A stretch of DNA of 64,000 nt from Chrysomallon squamiferum (GCA_012295275.1 CM022679.1:18972001-19036000); one strand, 5' to 3'; counted from the first letter of the stretch, positions 41,901-58,041 are shown. Numbers and translations are program-made. The notes: generated from the letters alone by a model not told the origin.

Positions 41901-44900
41901 TGTTGTTACTACTATCACTATTACGACGGTTACCACCACTACCACTATTATTAATACTATGTTTGCTTTGAAAAACCAATATAATTAAAATATTTTTGTT
42001 TTATTCTATTTAGATATTACGAAACACATTATCACTGTCAAGCATGAAGGAATATTTTATTAGACAGTCAACTTAAAAGACCAGTATAGTCCCTAAAGCC
42101 TACACATGCGAAGTCTTATTTAAACTGAATTACTTGTAAGCATTATACTGTTTTTGTTTGATATCGGAATTGGCACGAAGTTTACAGTTTGACAAAATCC
42201 ACATGTCCTCATTTGTTTTTTCTCCCAGGGATAGTGCAGCGTGAAAAACTAATGCTCTGGGAATAAAATGTTTTTAGTTTTTACACTTTTTCATTATTAT
42301 TAGGTCAGTCGTAATAACGTAAAACCAGTTCAAACAAATTAACTTTAAAATGACTGTTTTTTTTTCAGGTTTTCAGGTTCTGAGTTAACATCATTTAGTA
42401 GTTTCTTGGGAATTTGGTTTATAAATATATGTACTGAAACAGAGTACAGAGTGCAATGCATGCAAACATATAGATACAAATTACGCAAGTAAAGAACACG
42501 TAGTTAGAAAACAAAACCTTTTCTTTAAGATTTAAATCTTTAATCAAGCTTACATAATGCTATAATTCTATAATGAAAAAAATGATCGTCATCATCACCA
42601 TAATCACATTATTTATCTTTATTTTAACCTTTGTCGACATCATCATCATTATCTTTATTATAATATTTTCCATCTTTTGTATGTAGGATATTTTTGTTGT
42701 CACCATCATAACCTTTACTGACACAGTCACCAGTACCAACACCAGTATCACCATACTTATCCTCAGATTTCTACTGTTCTAAAAAAATTAAAAAATAAAA
42801 AATAAAAAAAAAAATAAAAATTATAAAAAGGTATAAAAAATGAAAAAAACGAAGAAATATCAATATTTAATCTTAAATTATGTCTCAAAGGTTTAAAATT
42901 AAATGAACAGTTCTTTTTATTAATCATTAACTTTTTTCCTTCTGTGGATAGTTTTTTGATAAATTAATGGGCATGAGAAGTATTAGAAATTATTTAAGAA
43001 AACTGATACAATATAAATCAAGGTGATTTTAGACTTCTCTAGTAATAAGCTAACCGTTCTAACATCTATTATCTATCATTTGTCACAGAGACATATTAAT
43101 TTATAGTAAATCATAATTTAACCGGTACTTGTAAGATTCTGTGGTTCTATCTATGCGTTAATGACTAATTTCTTAACTTTGTCGGTCTAAGTTAATGTGT
43201 CTCATTTCGCTTTCTCTGACACAAGATAACTCTAGGTCATTTCTTTCTGTCTGTTTGTCTGGTTTTTGTCCATCTTATTGTGTATGTTTCTCAGCCATGT
43301 GTTTTTCTAACTCAGTTTATAAATAATAACAAATATAATGTTTATAAGCACATGCACATTTAATCGACGAAATAATGTTTGTACTTTCTAATATGCTTCG
43401 ATTTAAATCCATCTCTTAATCCTGAAAAACTCTTTAGTTACCGATGTTTTACACAAGGTTTATGACTTAACGTGATAACAGTACACGTAAACGTGATCAG
43501 TAAATCTCAAACAGACCATTTCTGTCTACTGTATTTTTCTTGATATATGTTTCTTCATTATCTTCGCTTTTCAGAGTCTTTGGATTTACTGGTTTCTCTG
43601 TCTGGTCCTATAGCCTGGCGCCTTGAGTTAAAATTACGATTATTGCACCAGAGACACAATGCATTCATTTTGTTTGAAACTGCCCATAAATAATGAATGT
43701 GTACAATTGCTTTGTGTTCGAATTACGTTATATATCGTATGTATTAATTTGTATTAACTTTAATTTATTTTTTAAAAATTATTTCCTTCTCTATATTATT
43801 ATTTTAATTTCTTTTATTTATTATGTTAATTTCTTCTTACTGTTGTTATTGTTGCTGTTGTTTTGTTATTATTTTGTTGTCGCTTTTTGCTCATTCTAGT
43901 TATATAAGACAACGTATGTATTTATCTATATCCATGGAAGGATATAGGGGTAAAAAGGATTCCCTTTAAAGGAAAGTTGCGTTAAAAAATTATTGAACAG
44001 ATAAATTCAAATGACCTGAGATACAGACACAAATCAATAACTGCGACTTCTAATAAATATTAACTACTACTACTACTATTTCTATTATGACTACTACTGC
44101 TGGTACTGTTATTACCACTAGTGCTTGTTCCATTGCTAATACAATCTACTACCAGTTCTACTAGATAAAACATAACAGTATATACCATTACTACTACCAT
44201 TGATAACATTATGGCTCTTGATGCAACAACAACAACAAATACTATTGCTACTACTCCTACTACTATTGCTACTGCTGTTATTACTACGCAATTACTATTC
44301 TTTTGAATCCTGTAGCAAACAGGAGATGTCCTCGATATTCTGTATTTTGTACATAGTATTAACACATAGAGAGGATGAAACGAGTGAGCGTCTTTTTATC
44401 CTCAACGCTAATCGATCGAATGCTCCCCTTTGTGACCTGGAAATTCCACAACAGCGACGCTGGCAAGGTTTTATTTTTGATTAAGTTTTAATGGTCAAAG
44501 GGAACTCAGTTTATTTATAGATTTTCGACCTATCATCGATAGTCTTCTGATTATTATGTTATCATTTCCTAGCAGATGCTGCAGTTTATAAAATTATTGT
44601 ATTTATTTTTTATTATTATTATTATTATTGTTGTTATTATTGTTATTATTACTTTGTTCTTGTATTATTTATTAATTTTTTGTTGATGATCTTTGATACG
44701 CTAGAACTGATTTATCATTTCCCAAAAATAAGGATTTTGGCGACTTTGTCCCGTTAATGTGTAATAAAAATAATCCAACGATAACTTTTAGTAACATCAC
44801 AGAAGGAAATAAAACACAAAAGAAAATAACAATCTTTCCCTTCATTTTAATAGCAGATTTTCGTAATTTTAAAATAGCCAATTACTTTTATATGTATTTT

Positions 44901-45289
44901 TCTTGCTAAAGGAGATCCTGTCAGCTTTTCATGATCTTTTTCTATTTTTTATTTTTCTTTCTTTTCTTTATATTTACTTTCATTCTCTCTTTCTTCTTGT
45001 ATTCTTTTCTTCTTAGATTTCTTCTATCTTTGTCTGACTTTTTATTCTTTTTATTTTTACTTTCTTCTTCTTTCCTTTATCTTCTTCTTCTTCATCATCT
45101 TATTCTTCTTCCTATTATTATCTTTTTCTTCTGATAATCTTCAAAGATCCGGCCAAAGAAATGTCTACATTTTGTAAATTATGTATCGCACATAGCTTAT
45201 AAGGTCAACGTTTGACACAAAATTCATTTTCCCCATGATAAACTGCACCTCAGCAGCGAAGTCAATTGCTATAAATGCGTCTGTTTTGT

Positions 45290-45605
45290 AGCCGGAGACG
45301 AGAGAAGATAACGAGGTGAAACTCTTTCTATTTATTTGGAGTGGCATTGGTGACACCACATCGACGTGGCAGTTCTGTTATCTGTTCTTGGGGAGATGTA
45401 ATAATAATTCTGCCGATCGCTCGTTTTCTTTAGCTGAATGGCGATCGCCTGCTTTCTCCGTGTGTCGACTAGCAATCGATCGCTCGCTGGTTTTAAAAGC
45501 GATATTTTGCCAATATTTTGCCAATTGTCGCATTAACGAGTGCTGCTATTTGACGCGAGTGGCTATTCCCGACATAACACGTCTGAAGACGAAACGACAA
45601 GACGA
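45290..45605. promoter_or_regulatory. CpG-rich regulatory-like island with repeated CGATCG motifs
   Basis: CGATCGCTCG at 45414 and 45477, palindrome GGCGATCGCC at 45440, tandem ATATTTTGCCA at 45502 and 45513. Confidence 0.35.
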
Positions 45606-47507
45606 GAAAATTGGAAATGAAATTTGAAAACTTTGGTTTGCCAAACATGCTTGTTGACCTTATTTTTAAAACTTTATTTTCGAAGCAATTTCAACACTAA
45701 ATGCAGTGTTTTTCTCAGAACGGTTACATTACATAGCGGTGCAGAAGAATTTAGATTAATTCTTAAAATCTTGATTTGTCTTTTGTTAAACATTTACTCT
45801 GTGTATATGATTGTGTATGTTTATTTTTTATTTAATATTCTTTTTGCAGTAATTTCTAACAGTCTGCTATAAGCAGATATTTTGCGATACGACACAGTTA
45901 ATAAAAAATGTCATTTTATCATGAAATTATGAAATAACAACTGATATAATTTAATGTTATATGCTAAAAGTTACATGCTATACTGTTATTATAATATGTC
46001 TGAATATAGTTTAGTATTAACGTATTTGTTGTACCGTACGTTACTTGTTTGGATCTACACAATATAAATCATACATTTATATCTGAATTGCCGATTTGCA
46101 TGAAAATGCATATTTCTTCCAAAATTTAATAATCATTTTTGTTTTTACTTGCAGGTATTATCATTATGGTTAAAGTAAAATTTAATCTTAGTTGAAATGT
46201 TTGTTTATTCCAATCACACTCTAATATGATTTGTAAAGTCACAGTTTTAAATAAACCGACTCCTACAACGCTGATGGCGTCAGTGGAACTCACCCACTCT
46301 TCAGTTAAAACAAATCAGTCACATACTGACACAAGCACACTTTTACCTTTAAAACTGGAAACATTTATTTGTAGTCACGGAATGCCGGTGCGGTTTCAGA
46401 TCTTGAAACTTACGATTGTATAATAGAATTTCCATGCTACTTTGGCTGGTCAATGGAATAGGTCTGCGATGAACAAAAATAAATCGTTATTCACCGGACA
46501 GAAACACTTTAACACAGCCTCGAGTTATTGGAAGTGTATTCTAATGATAATTAGTTTTAATTTTGTTTGATCTTCGTTGAGAAATCAGAAGAAAGATGCT
46601 AAATTACAGGACTCTGATGTCCGAGAAAGACTTGTCCGTCCTAGTCAAAGGAAATTAGCGACATTTGACATACATTTCTTTTGGAAAATTAAAGATATAT
46701 TATCGCAGTATTTTAGGTTGCATTTTGTTTTCTGGAAGTAATTAAGCTTTCACTTAACTGAAAAGAGGATGCAAACTTTTTTTTATTTCCCATATGTCTA
46801 ATTACTTCACTTGACAGTTTTCAATGCAAATTTAATATTATGTTTGACACAAAAATACATTTCTGGTTCAACTTTTCATTTGTCAGCAGATCAAAAATAG
46901 TAAAACTGATACTAAATATTAATACAAAAAAAAAAAAAAAAAAAGAAATGTACTTAAAAATATATATATGTTAATCCTTATTAATTCTTCTTCTTCTTCT
47001 TCTTCTTCTTCTTATTATTATTTTCAAAATGAATATTTAAATATAAATAGATACTCATACACATATATACGTACATACATACATACATACATACATACAC
47101 ACATACATACACACACATACATACATACATACGTACGTACGTACAAAAATGCATACATACAATCCATACATATATACACACAATGTGTATAATTATATTT
47201 ATTTGTTATTTATATTACATAGGCATGCTTATATGATCTTTAAAAAGCAAGTGATTGAAAGTAAGATATGTGTACACACTGTCCTTTACCTTGTCACATC
47301 TTCTCATCGTTTTCTTTTAAACTGTTTACCTCATGAATCCGCTCTGAGTGAAATAAACTGACAACAAAGTTTATGCTTGGTTTATTACTTCCTCGTTGTT
47401 CCTTCGCTGTTGTGTAACTTGTAAAACTTCCAGTTTAAACATCATTTCATTCAGTGATGTGTGCCGTCCACTACTGGGCTTGTTGTTATTACTGATTTTT
47501 TAAATTT

Positions 47508-47563
<56 letters not shown>

Positions 47564-47596
47564 ATAATAATAATAATAATTATTATTATTATTATT
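47508..47596. repeat. (ACT)n-(AAT)n-(ATT)n microsatellite containing a 34-bp perfect palindrome (47563-47596)
   Basis: Direct reading. Confidence 0.93.
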
Positions 47597-48498
47597 TTAT
47601 AATCCATTAAATTATTTGAGTGAAAAAAAAGCATTATGAATGAGACTGTAGAATAAAAAAGAAAGTAAAAAAAGAAAGAAAGAATGCAAAACAAAGCAAA
47701 AGATGTTTATTACATTAAGCATTACCATGACTGTAACTTCAAAGAAAACGGGGAGTGTAAACTTATTATTTAAAATATTGTAACACTATAAAGAGCAGTT
47801 CAGACTTAATAAATACTTCAGTTTGATCATTATCCATCTTTATTAAAAACATACATTAATGTTAATTGGTAAAACGTCTTCATATTAGCACAGCAACGAC
47901 ACTAAATAACTTACAGTCTGGTTTTAGTGATTTGTAATAAACAACGAACAAAATTACAGACTGAATTTGATTTTTATGGGTATTCCCCGGGATCCCTGTC
48001 CTGGGTAGACATTTTCTCTGTCTATTAGAATTGCTTGTATTTTTCTTTCATCTTTAGAATTCCACAGGGTACAAGTCAGGTCTTCAATAATGCAAAAGTA
48101 ATTTAACTGCGTGATTGCCAAGATACTTTATACAGTGAGCATGAAGAAAAATGCACTGATCGCATTTCATGCCAAACTGCCCAGTGGGAATAGAATAAAC
48201 TGCTTCCAGAGATAGATTGGGCTGTTGTACATAACTGCTCATTTTGTCACATAACTGACCTTGCGTTGAGACCGTAAAAATGTTGTCAACCTGGAAGAGC
48301 CCGATGTAATATAACAAGGGAGTGATTTAATTACCGAACTTTTTTGTATTACTGTAAGGCATATAAAAATATAGAAAAACGGCAAACATTTGATTTAAAA
48401 AGTTACAAAATAATAAATAAATAATAAAAACATACAAAGAAAGTTAAAAAGAGAAAAAGATAAATAAATAAATAAATAAAAAAAAAAAAATAAAAATA

Positions 48499-48566
<68 letters not shown>
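48499..48566. repeat. (AAT)n microsatellite
   Basis: Direct reading. Confidence 0.93.
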
Positions 48567-48568
<2 letters not shown>

Positions 48569-48764
48569 CAGCTGAACAGTAATTCAAAAATGTATAGTTC
48601 CTGTATGATTATTCTGTATTTTGAAGTTAGAAATTCTAATTAAACGGTAATATTTTTTTTTTTTTTTAAGTTTGTGTACTTATTTAGTTCTTTGCCTTTT
48701 GTTTAATACTTATTAATCTAATGAGAAAACAAGATATGCAGGTTTCTTTCTTTCATTTTGAATG

Positions 48765-48766
<2 letters not shown>

Positions 48767-48831
<65 letters not shown>
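48767..48831. repeat. (AAT)n-(GAT)n compound microsatellite
   Basis: Direct reading. Confidence 0.93.
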
Positions 48832-49213
48832 CTCACACAGTAACACATACCGATCAAACACAGTAATGCACAATAATCAGAATATACTTCAGCAAACCAT
48901 AACAACTGTTTTTTATTTTAGTTTAGAATCACTGTATATAAATGCCAATCAAGACTATCCAATCCATTTTATTATTACCGAAAACAAAGAGTTTCTAGCA
49001 TCGCTGAAGTTGTCTCAAATAATTGTACGATTACCTTTGCTCAGTAAACATTAACATTCTGATTCTGATAGTAATATATGTAGGCAATAAAAGGCAGAGG
49101 TTCCCTTATACTATAGAAAAGTTAGATAAATAATGATTATAGTACAGATTATTTAATACGCTTAATTATACCATCTCATACTCACATAATTATACTGTTA
49201 CACATACATAATA

Positions 49214-49217
<4 letters not shown>

Positions 49218-49307
<90 letters not shown>
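49218..49307. repeat. (CT)n microsatellite
   Basis: Direct reading. Confidence 0.95.
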
Positions 49308-49310
<3 letters not shown>

Positions 49311-51777
49311 TTCATGCACACAGACTTCAAAAACAGTTATTTTAATTTCCGTCATCTGTATAACGTTGATATATTGTTTGTAAAATTGAAAATGAGAACT
49401 GACTTAATCAGAAACGAGCATTTCCCTATATCATTTCTATTTAATAAACATATTTTTGATTCAGTTTATTTCTATGAAATATATAATGCATGTATCTAAG
49501 AAATTCTTATATTATAATTATTTATTATTTGAAATATAATATTTTCATCTTAAAATACGTCTAACAATTTTTAGAGTTAGAAGAAAATGCACACGCACAT
49601 GCAATATGTACATGTTCTAATTATACTGCACAACAAATATCATTTTCTTTCTAAATACAGAAACAGGTTTAATAGAAAAAAGTAAAGCAAAATATAATTT
49701 AGCTATCCTGACTTTTCCAGCAAAACAATAAATAAATAAATAAATAAAAAATAAAAAAAAATAAAAAAAAAAAAAAAAATTATATAAAATAATAAAACGC
49801 GCAATAATTTATATAAGCATGTGTTTGTACACATACTCATTCACAAACATACACACACTCACACACGCTCGCATTAAATATATATAATACGCAATTAACG
49901 AACTCTTAAAGGCTGTATGGAACGCTGAGTTTGTCAGGTTTTGCAATGTTAGTTAAAAATATTAAAACAGGTGCAAAGGAAATACAATTACCTCACTGGA
50001 AGTATGACCTTTTTTATTTATTTTTTAATCTTTATTTTTGTTTATTTATTTTTCTTCTTCTTCTTCTTTTTTTTTTATTTTGAAACAGAAGAATGAAAAA
50101 AAACAAAACAATTTGTTCTGTGACTCCGAACAAGAGAAAATATAAACACAGAATTACACTAAATGAATCCATAGTAATTACCTCTATAATACGTTATTTA
50201 ATAATGATATATTAGTTTACGATGAAATTTCCTTCCATCATCAAGTTATAGCAGAAACTGAACAAACGATAGATACGATCTGTAATGTGTATGACAGTTT
50301 TGCAATAAATTATATTTATATGTTATGTTTACTATATGCTTAGATACATACACATTACAGTACATATTTGTTCGTACGTACGTACAAGAATATACATAAT
50401 TGTCAATTATCAACAGATGTCCTATATACCGACACAGAGAAACACATTCAAAGTTTTCATTTATTCAGAACATAGAACGCGCGAGATCAAATCAGTGTTA
50501 ACAGTAGTTGTGTTAGAAACGTTGTTCTGGTCAGTGTCACGACTTAATTTAAAAAATAAGAAACCACCAAGTTGTTATCGTTCAGAATAATGACTGTAAC
50601 AAAGTCGAACAAGAATTCTGTTCGTAAAAACACTCATTTCGCCCACAAGATGTTATTCTTAAAATAGATGTAGAAATAAAAGTGTTGAAAATTGCTGTTT
50701 TCGTTTACTCTCTTTAAGACGAATGTTGGAAAACTGCTATGTGTGTTATCTGATACGGAAAACTTTCCGATCTTGCCAAGCGAACATTTTAACAGGCACC
50801 CAAAGATCAAAGAAAGTCAAAAATAGTAATTTTGTTTTGTTAATGTCCTTAAAATATATTATTTTAGTATATTACTATATTATTGTACTCAGGTATATAA
50901 AATCATTTCTGGTATTTCTCACATAATAATTCTGTACCAATGAAAGATAGCTTTTATACGGACTTCAGAATAAAGAGGAAAATGTATCACAAGCTGTATT
51001 AATGAACTTGGATCGAACGGTTAATATTCCCAGTATACAACCTCTATTTCTCTCTTTCTCTGAATAAAGATTTGCTTTGAAAAAAAACACAAAAAAAACC
51101 CACAAAAGAATATACGGATTGAGAACAACTATTTATCATAACCCAAATTACAGTATTAAGCTATGAAAGGATGTTGTACTATTTTATTTAAAAACTGTAT
51201 TGTGAGCACAGTTATCTTTTCCGGATGACGTATTGAAAGAGTGATTTTACTAATTCTTGTTTTGCCTTTCTCTTTCAAAAGATGAGATACAAGTAAATTC
51301 TGATCCATATTAGAGAATAAAAAAATAAAAAATGAAAAACTGAAAGAAGGAAGAAAAAGAAATATAAAGAAAACAAAATGGACTAACTGATCTTAATGTC
51401 TCAAGACACATCCGCATTATTTCAGAACAAAACAGACTCGAGCACTGCCTCAGCTTAGCCACGCTGCAGCAAGTCAACAAGACTCGTTCCACACTTTATA
51501 CCAAATGTGACAACTTTCTCAGTCTTATATGCTGGGAAGTCAAATCCTTGAAAATAAATACTTAACACTCGCAATAACCGCCGAAACTGATCAGAGGCGG
51601 AAAGGTTTGTTCAGGCAGAAAAAAATTGTAAGGGCTAAAAGAATTTGGTTGAAAGGATAAGTCAAATGAATTTTAATATATATTGTAACAGACAAACGAA
51701 TCAAACTTCATTTCTGAGTCTTATAATAAATATTAATTCCTTGATGGAAAATGACATATAATATTGAAAACAGATAC

Positions 51778-51820
<43 letters not shown>

Positions 51821-54800
51821 TGTTTTATGAAGTATTTATGAAAATAAGGAATAAAATTTGCGAAGAACGAAAGAGAGAAAGAGATAATTTTAAGGACTAA
51901 ATTTCAGTTTTAAGGGTTGATTTGCTTGCCTTTTCTATTTTGTTTCTCCCTTAATGTAATTTCGACTTTCCATATTTTATTATTTATTCTTTGTTATTTT
52001 TGACCTCTTAATGTTTGTGAAACTTGAATAAAAAACTTTTGAAATTACAACTATTTATTGAACTATATACACATTTAGCCGTTAATACCCGGGATATGTG
52101 ATTTTTAAATTCTAATAAGGTCGTCAGCAGAATACAAGTGCACTACCACAGAGGCAAACTGCCATTGATTTGTAATTAGATGCAAGCATCTCTGTACAGA
52201 AAAAAACACTTTAAGCCGTGGTAAGGGATGAGCAATCTACCTGTGATAAGGAACGACCAATCTTCTAAGTGCGTGTCTCTTTATGGTTACCTTATTAATG
52301 TAAGAAAAGTGCTCAGCATAACGAAACAAGTTAAACAGTTATACTTTCTGTTTACTTATCAACAGAGCAGTCGTGTTTACTCTAGCTCGGCATATTTCAT
52401 GAATATGAAACTCTAAATATCCCAAGGAAAACTTAATTTCAGCTTGAGAATAAGTAAAGAAAGCTTTTAAAAGAAAGTCAGTTTATTATCGGTTTACGTT
52501 AATATTTTATTAAGCTTCAGTCCGTATGTTTTGTATTTATGGATGTGTTGGAGAGAAATAAATAAATAAATAAGCGTTAAAAATAAATTCACCACAAATG
52601 TAAGTTTATACAAATGTAAAAATAATAAGCAGGAGATTCATGGTGCTGGAATTCAGTTATTTCTCGAGGATACTTAAATATTCAGTTATTACTAATAATA
52701 ATAAGTCATGCTGCTCATCACGTCTTCCATTTTCACTTCTCGTGAAACTCAGTCAGAGGAGATAGCAGGTGGGAAAGGTGACTATATTTCGCTCTTTGAG
52801 GACCAGTTTAAGACTGATTTACAATCAGCAAATAAGATTTTGTGCTCGTTACCGAGCGCTGTAATTGGAAAATAATTGTGAGCTGAAAATGCAGTGTTGG
52901 GTCAGGATGATTTAAAATCCCTGGTGTCTGAACCTCCTCCACATAAATCATTGTCTATCCATACAATCCATACATTTATTTGTTCATTCATTCATTCATT
53001 CATTCATCCATTTGTCCTCCAAATCTTCCATCCATCTTCTTAATATTCCAAAAGTCCATTCATTCTTCAACACATTCATCCAATCTATCCATCCATCCAC
53101 CCACACATCAGTCCATCCATCATTTCACCAGTTCATCCGTTTCTGCACGTCCACATCTCTTTAACTGAACAATACTTTGCCTTTTTCTAAAATAAATTTT
53201 AAGTTTTGCTATTTGTAATGCATGCTATATACTCATGATTAATCGTTTTATAATTACATTAGTTTCTTTTAAACTGATTTTTGATGAGATAAGATTTTTC
53301 ATTGACAGACATTAAAGTATAAAACCATTTTTATGGAGGCAGGTCATAGCTCATCATCAAAGATCAATAAACGCTACTCTTTAAAAATCAAGTGTTTAAT
53401 TCACTATTATACTGAAAAGAAAATCTCTGAGATGATCACTGAGAAAACTAAAAGGACTCATTCAAGATTTACTGAGATTTTTCTTAAAATGTCCACGTAT
53501 TTAGCTCTTTCCAAGTTTTACGGGAATATGATGCTGTGTTGATTTGTTTTTTCAGCATCCACAGAGAAAAGATTTTTCGTCGTTAATTCAAAACTGAAGA
53601 GAACTAGTCAGCGTCTTCCAAACATTAAAATTTCGCCACTAATATAAATCTAGTTTGTTTATTTTCTGAATGTCATCGAATAATGATTGGTTTGAAAAAA
53701 CACCTTATGGTTTAGGTACATTAACATTGTATGGATGTCGCAGTATCGATATTAAAAATTGAAGATTGGAAACGGCAGTGACAGAGTTGGAAGTAAACAA
53801 TGTAGAAATCTATATTTACAAATATAACATAAATATTTCGCTTTTTAATATTTTAAACATATAAATATACTTAATACTTAATATAGGAATTACTTTGAGT
53901 AATGATGCTTATTATTATTTTGAGAATCTAATAGAGCTTTCTTTCTAAATAAATATATTTAAATAAGACAAAAAGGGCGTTAATGGGGCATAAACAAAAA
54001 AGTAAACAAATAAACACACAATAAAAGTAACCAACAAAAAGCCGAACATCCCCTAAAAAAGAAAAACAAAGCAAAATAAACATCAATAAGAAATACATCA
54101 AAACAAACAAACAAACAAAAATTACTATTAAAAGAGTTGTAGCAACCTAATGAAGGATCTTTATTTAAAAGATAATAATTACTATTCGTTAATCCGTTAT
54201 CCATCCGTTGATCTGTTCATCTTGACTGCTGTAAGTTTGCCTATCCTTCCAGTAATTTCTAACAACCAGCCTATTATAGTGGACATTTTATTTTATTAGT
54301 CTCCAGTTATTTGATAATATGTTTGGACTAATCTGATTTATTTTTCTAGGAAATTTCTATATAATTTTAAATAATTAATTATCAAACCTCTTAGCGTTTT
54401 AGGAACGTTTTGTCTTATGAATTAGTTCAGCAGAATATGATTATCGACATTTATTCTTCCAAATTTTAAAACAATACATTTCTGTTAAATGAGATATACG
54501 ATTATAAACAATATCATTTCACCAATATTTTTTGTTATTATCTTTCCAATTCAGTGCATATGACAAAATGTTCACTATATCTTTAATGACAGTCTGCCAA
54601 AATATATGAATATAATTTATTTCTGCAACGTTTATCTTAATATTAAATCGCATCCACACAAAGCTGCCATTTTGTTTTACAATTATTCTCCAATAATAGA
54701 GTGCAGTAACGAGCAAAGAATCATGTTTCTTAGTAGCTGTAAATCAGCTTTTAATTGGTCCCGGAGAACGAGAGATGGTCACCTTTCTGACCCATCATCC

Positions 54801-55037
54801 CCACTGTTGACTCCTGCCACCTCTGATGAAATCTCGCGAGGCGTGAAAATGGAAAAAGCCATGAACTGCTTGGCTCTGGTCTGCTATCAGTTATAACTGG
54901 CTGTTTAAATGTTTTTATGCATGAACCTCTCATGATTAGCAAGTACAACCTTCAGATGTCAGAACTGTTTATTGGTAAAATATTCCTGGTGGTACCATTA
55001 TAAATTATTCTTAAAACAACATCGATGGACTGATAAC

Positions 55038-55062
55038 CAGAATGAGCGAATGCTGTTAAAAT
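55038..55062. repeat. Dispersed direct repeat, copy 1 (copy 2 at 60138-60162)
   Basis: CAGAATGAGCGAATGCTGTTAAAAT versus CAGAATGGGCGAATGCTGTTAAAAT, 24/25 identical. Confidence 0.85.
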
Positions 55063-55201
55063 ACTTTCGTTTTAAGAACTGATAATCTATAAAACAAAAT
55101 TGATGAAACTTGAAACATTATCACATTTTAAATAAATCAATTGGATTTGATTATTTAAAAGTTCCAAAACTGTTCCGAATGCATCTGTCAGTATTGTGTA
55201 T

Positions 55202-55202
<1 letters not shown>

Positions 55203-55288
<86 letters not shown>
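55203..55288. repeat. (CT)n microsatellite
   Basis: Direct reading. Confidence 0.95.
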
Positions 55289-55289
<1 letters not shown>

Positions 55290-58039
55290 AACCCCTTCAA
55301 AACGTATTAAACCTTTAATCTTTATTTAAAGAAAGAGAACATAAAAAAAAAGATAGAGAAAAGAAAATACTGTCTACTTTGTAAAACTTTCAATGAATTA
55401 GATTAACATTTACTTTTACTGACAAGACAGTTTTCGAACAATAAATTAAAATAGCAAAAATAAATGAATCTATTTAATGCTTTTTTTCCTTTTTAGTGCC
55501 CTGCTGCATTTAATATCTTAGCTAACTGAGCTACTGGATACGTGTTTCGAATAATTTAAGTTAAGAGTTAAGAGACACTGGTCACTTTGTTTTTGTAACA
55601 ATAAATTATGCATATTCTTATTCATGATTTTGATTTGCTACAGATCATCCCATAACAATTTTGAAATATCAACTGGTTATTTGTATTAAGTTTCATACAT
55701 CGACTAGATATTTATCATTATATGTCGCCGGTCAGTTGAAGCGATATTAAATTATGACCTCTACTTTTGACATCCTATTAGTCAAGGACATTAACAAGAG
55801 TGCTCCTTTTGGTGCTTTTCTAATTAACAATTCAGAGAAAATGGCTTGTCACACTTTAGACTGTTAGGTTGTCCAGCATGTGTTCAGTACTGACGCATTA
55901 CTCGTGACAGTATTTCAAAGGCAAACAAAAACACGAGGACAGGAGCATTATGAAGCAGGTAATGAAGTTATTAGCAGGGCCAAGATTGCCTGACTCTCCG
56001 TGTTTCACTTCACTTTGTACAGGGCAAACATAGTTGAAAGATGAAATAAATCTTCAGATCAAATGTCAGTGTTGATACTCAACAGCTGATTGTGATTAGG
56101 AAGAAAGAAGAATGAATGATTTGTAAATACATAGATGAACAGATGAATGAATAAAAAAATAAATGTTATAATAGAATATGAATAAATCCATTTTGAATGA
56201 ATAAATTGTTTATAAACGAATAACGAATGAATGAATGAATGAATGAATTAAAGAAAGAAAGAACGAACGAATGAATATTATTTTTCATTCCACAACAAAA
56301 TAACGTTAACAGTGCACTGAGTGACACGAACTCTCATAACAATCTCAGAGATGTACAAGTATGTGACAAATCGTAGACGAATCTAATTATTTGTGATATT
56401 TTATCCTGATCTTGTTAAACAAATTTAATATTAGAGTTTTAAAAATCAGATGTGTAATTCAATTATTTTTATTGTCTCCGATATTTCAACTAATTTAATT
56501 ACAATATAGACTTCTTAATTTTGTAGGAATAACTCTGGGTAAAAAGTCAGCGTGAAGGTGATGATATCAGTTAGCAATAAATAAATAAATAAATAAATAA
56601 AGTTAAAAGAAAATAGAGATGAAAAATTTGAATGTATGTATATTTTGTAATAATAACAACAAATAAATAAATAAATAAATAAAGTAATAGTTTCATGTTG
56701 TCGTTTCCATCAAGAGCTCAAACGAAAGAACACAGTGGACCTGACCAATACCTTAGAGGTTTTTGGATGCAGTTTAATGAGATTTTACATTGTGACACTA
56801 CAGTAATTTGGAAATGTCAGTAAATGCCATGGGTTAAACTAACAGAGACCAATAAGTCGTACGCATGACAGACTAAGGAAACGCCGGCACGAACATGTCT
56901 TCAAGACAGTATTCAAGTCGTTGGGGGAAAACAGTGACATCATCTTCTAGATCCATCTTTCGACAAAGCGAAATAGCAGATCTAATTACCCATTTGTGAT
57001 GACATGGTCGTCCAACGATTTGTACAAAGAGACACGTGAGATTTAACCAATAAGGTCTTATTAATCCATGGCCAGCAAAATTCAGCTGTGTCCGTGAATG
57101 TCTTTTAAACAGTGTTTCCTTCCTTTCTGACCTTTTTGTTAAAGACTGTATTTGTCTTTATGTTTATCCTTCTTTCATTCTTTATCTTTGATTGTTTTTA
57201 TCACGTTTTATTATCTTCTTCAGTCTGCCGTTGTGACTATAACAGTCATCTTTCGTTCGTTTATTTCTGTATAGTTACCACCCCCTTTCTCTCTCTCTCT
57301 TTTCTCACTTTCCGATCCATTTTTCTTCTGTAATTCTATTTCTGATAATATTACTTACACTAATTTTGTATCTGTCTGACTTTCTGTCTGTTAGATTTCT
57401 CTCCTGATATTATTACAAAATACTTGTAACAGAATTTGGTATTTAAAGATCTTTTTTTCTTTATCCATTATAAAAATTATTTGCTTTTTATAACTATTTC
57501 TTTTTTACTTTTTTATCTTTTTGTCTCCTTCTAAATACTTGACTATTTAGAACTTATTTCTTTGTTTAATCCATTGAATAACCTGAAGATCTACTTGTTA
57601 AACATCAGCTCATCTTCACCATGCATTTCTTTACGTGCTGACATTTCATGTCAAATGATTTTCTATTCAGTAATGCTGGCTAACATTTTTATGGGTCTTT
57701 CTCTGGCAAAATTCTAGAAGAGACTTTTTATTTGGCAGAACAGTCATTTAGGAAATGATCTCCATTACAGAAATTTAAATTTTCTTAGCCATTTAAAACC
57801 TGAAGTAGCGGGATGTGAAATAAATTGTTATACAGAACAAGATGTTATAGCTCTGTATGCAGTAATTTACGTGGCATGTAATTCTTTACGTTTCAAATGT
57901 TAATAGTATTTGTAATGTGCAACCAGCAATAACTGTGTTTAACAAGTATCAGATATTCGCTAAATTACACCAGTTCTTTTTTTAATAGTGCCCTGTTTGA
58001 TTCATATTCAAAAAGTTGAATGAAATTGCAGGAGGAGTT

Positions 58040-58041
<2 letters not shown>

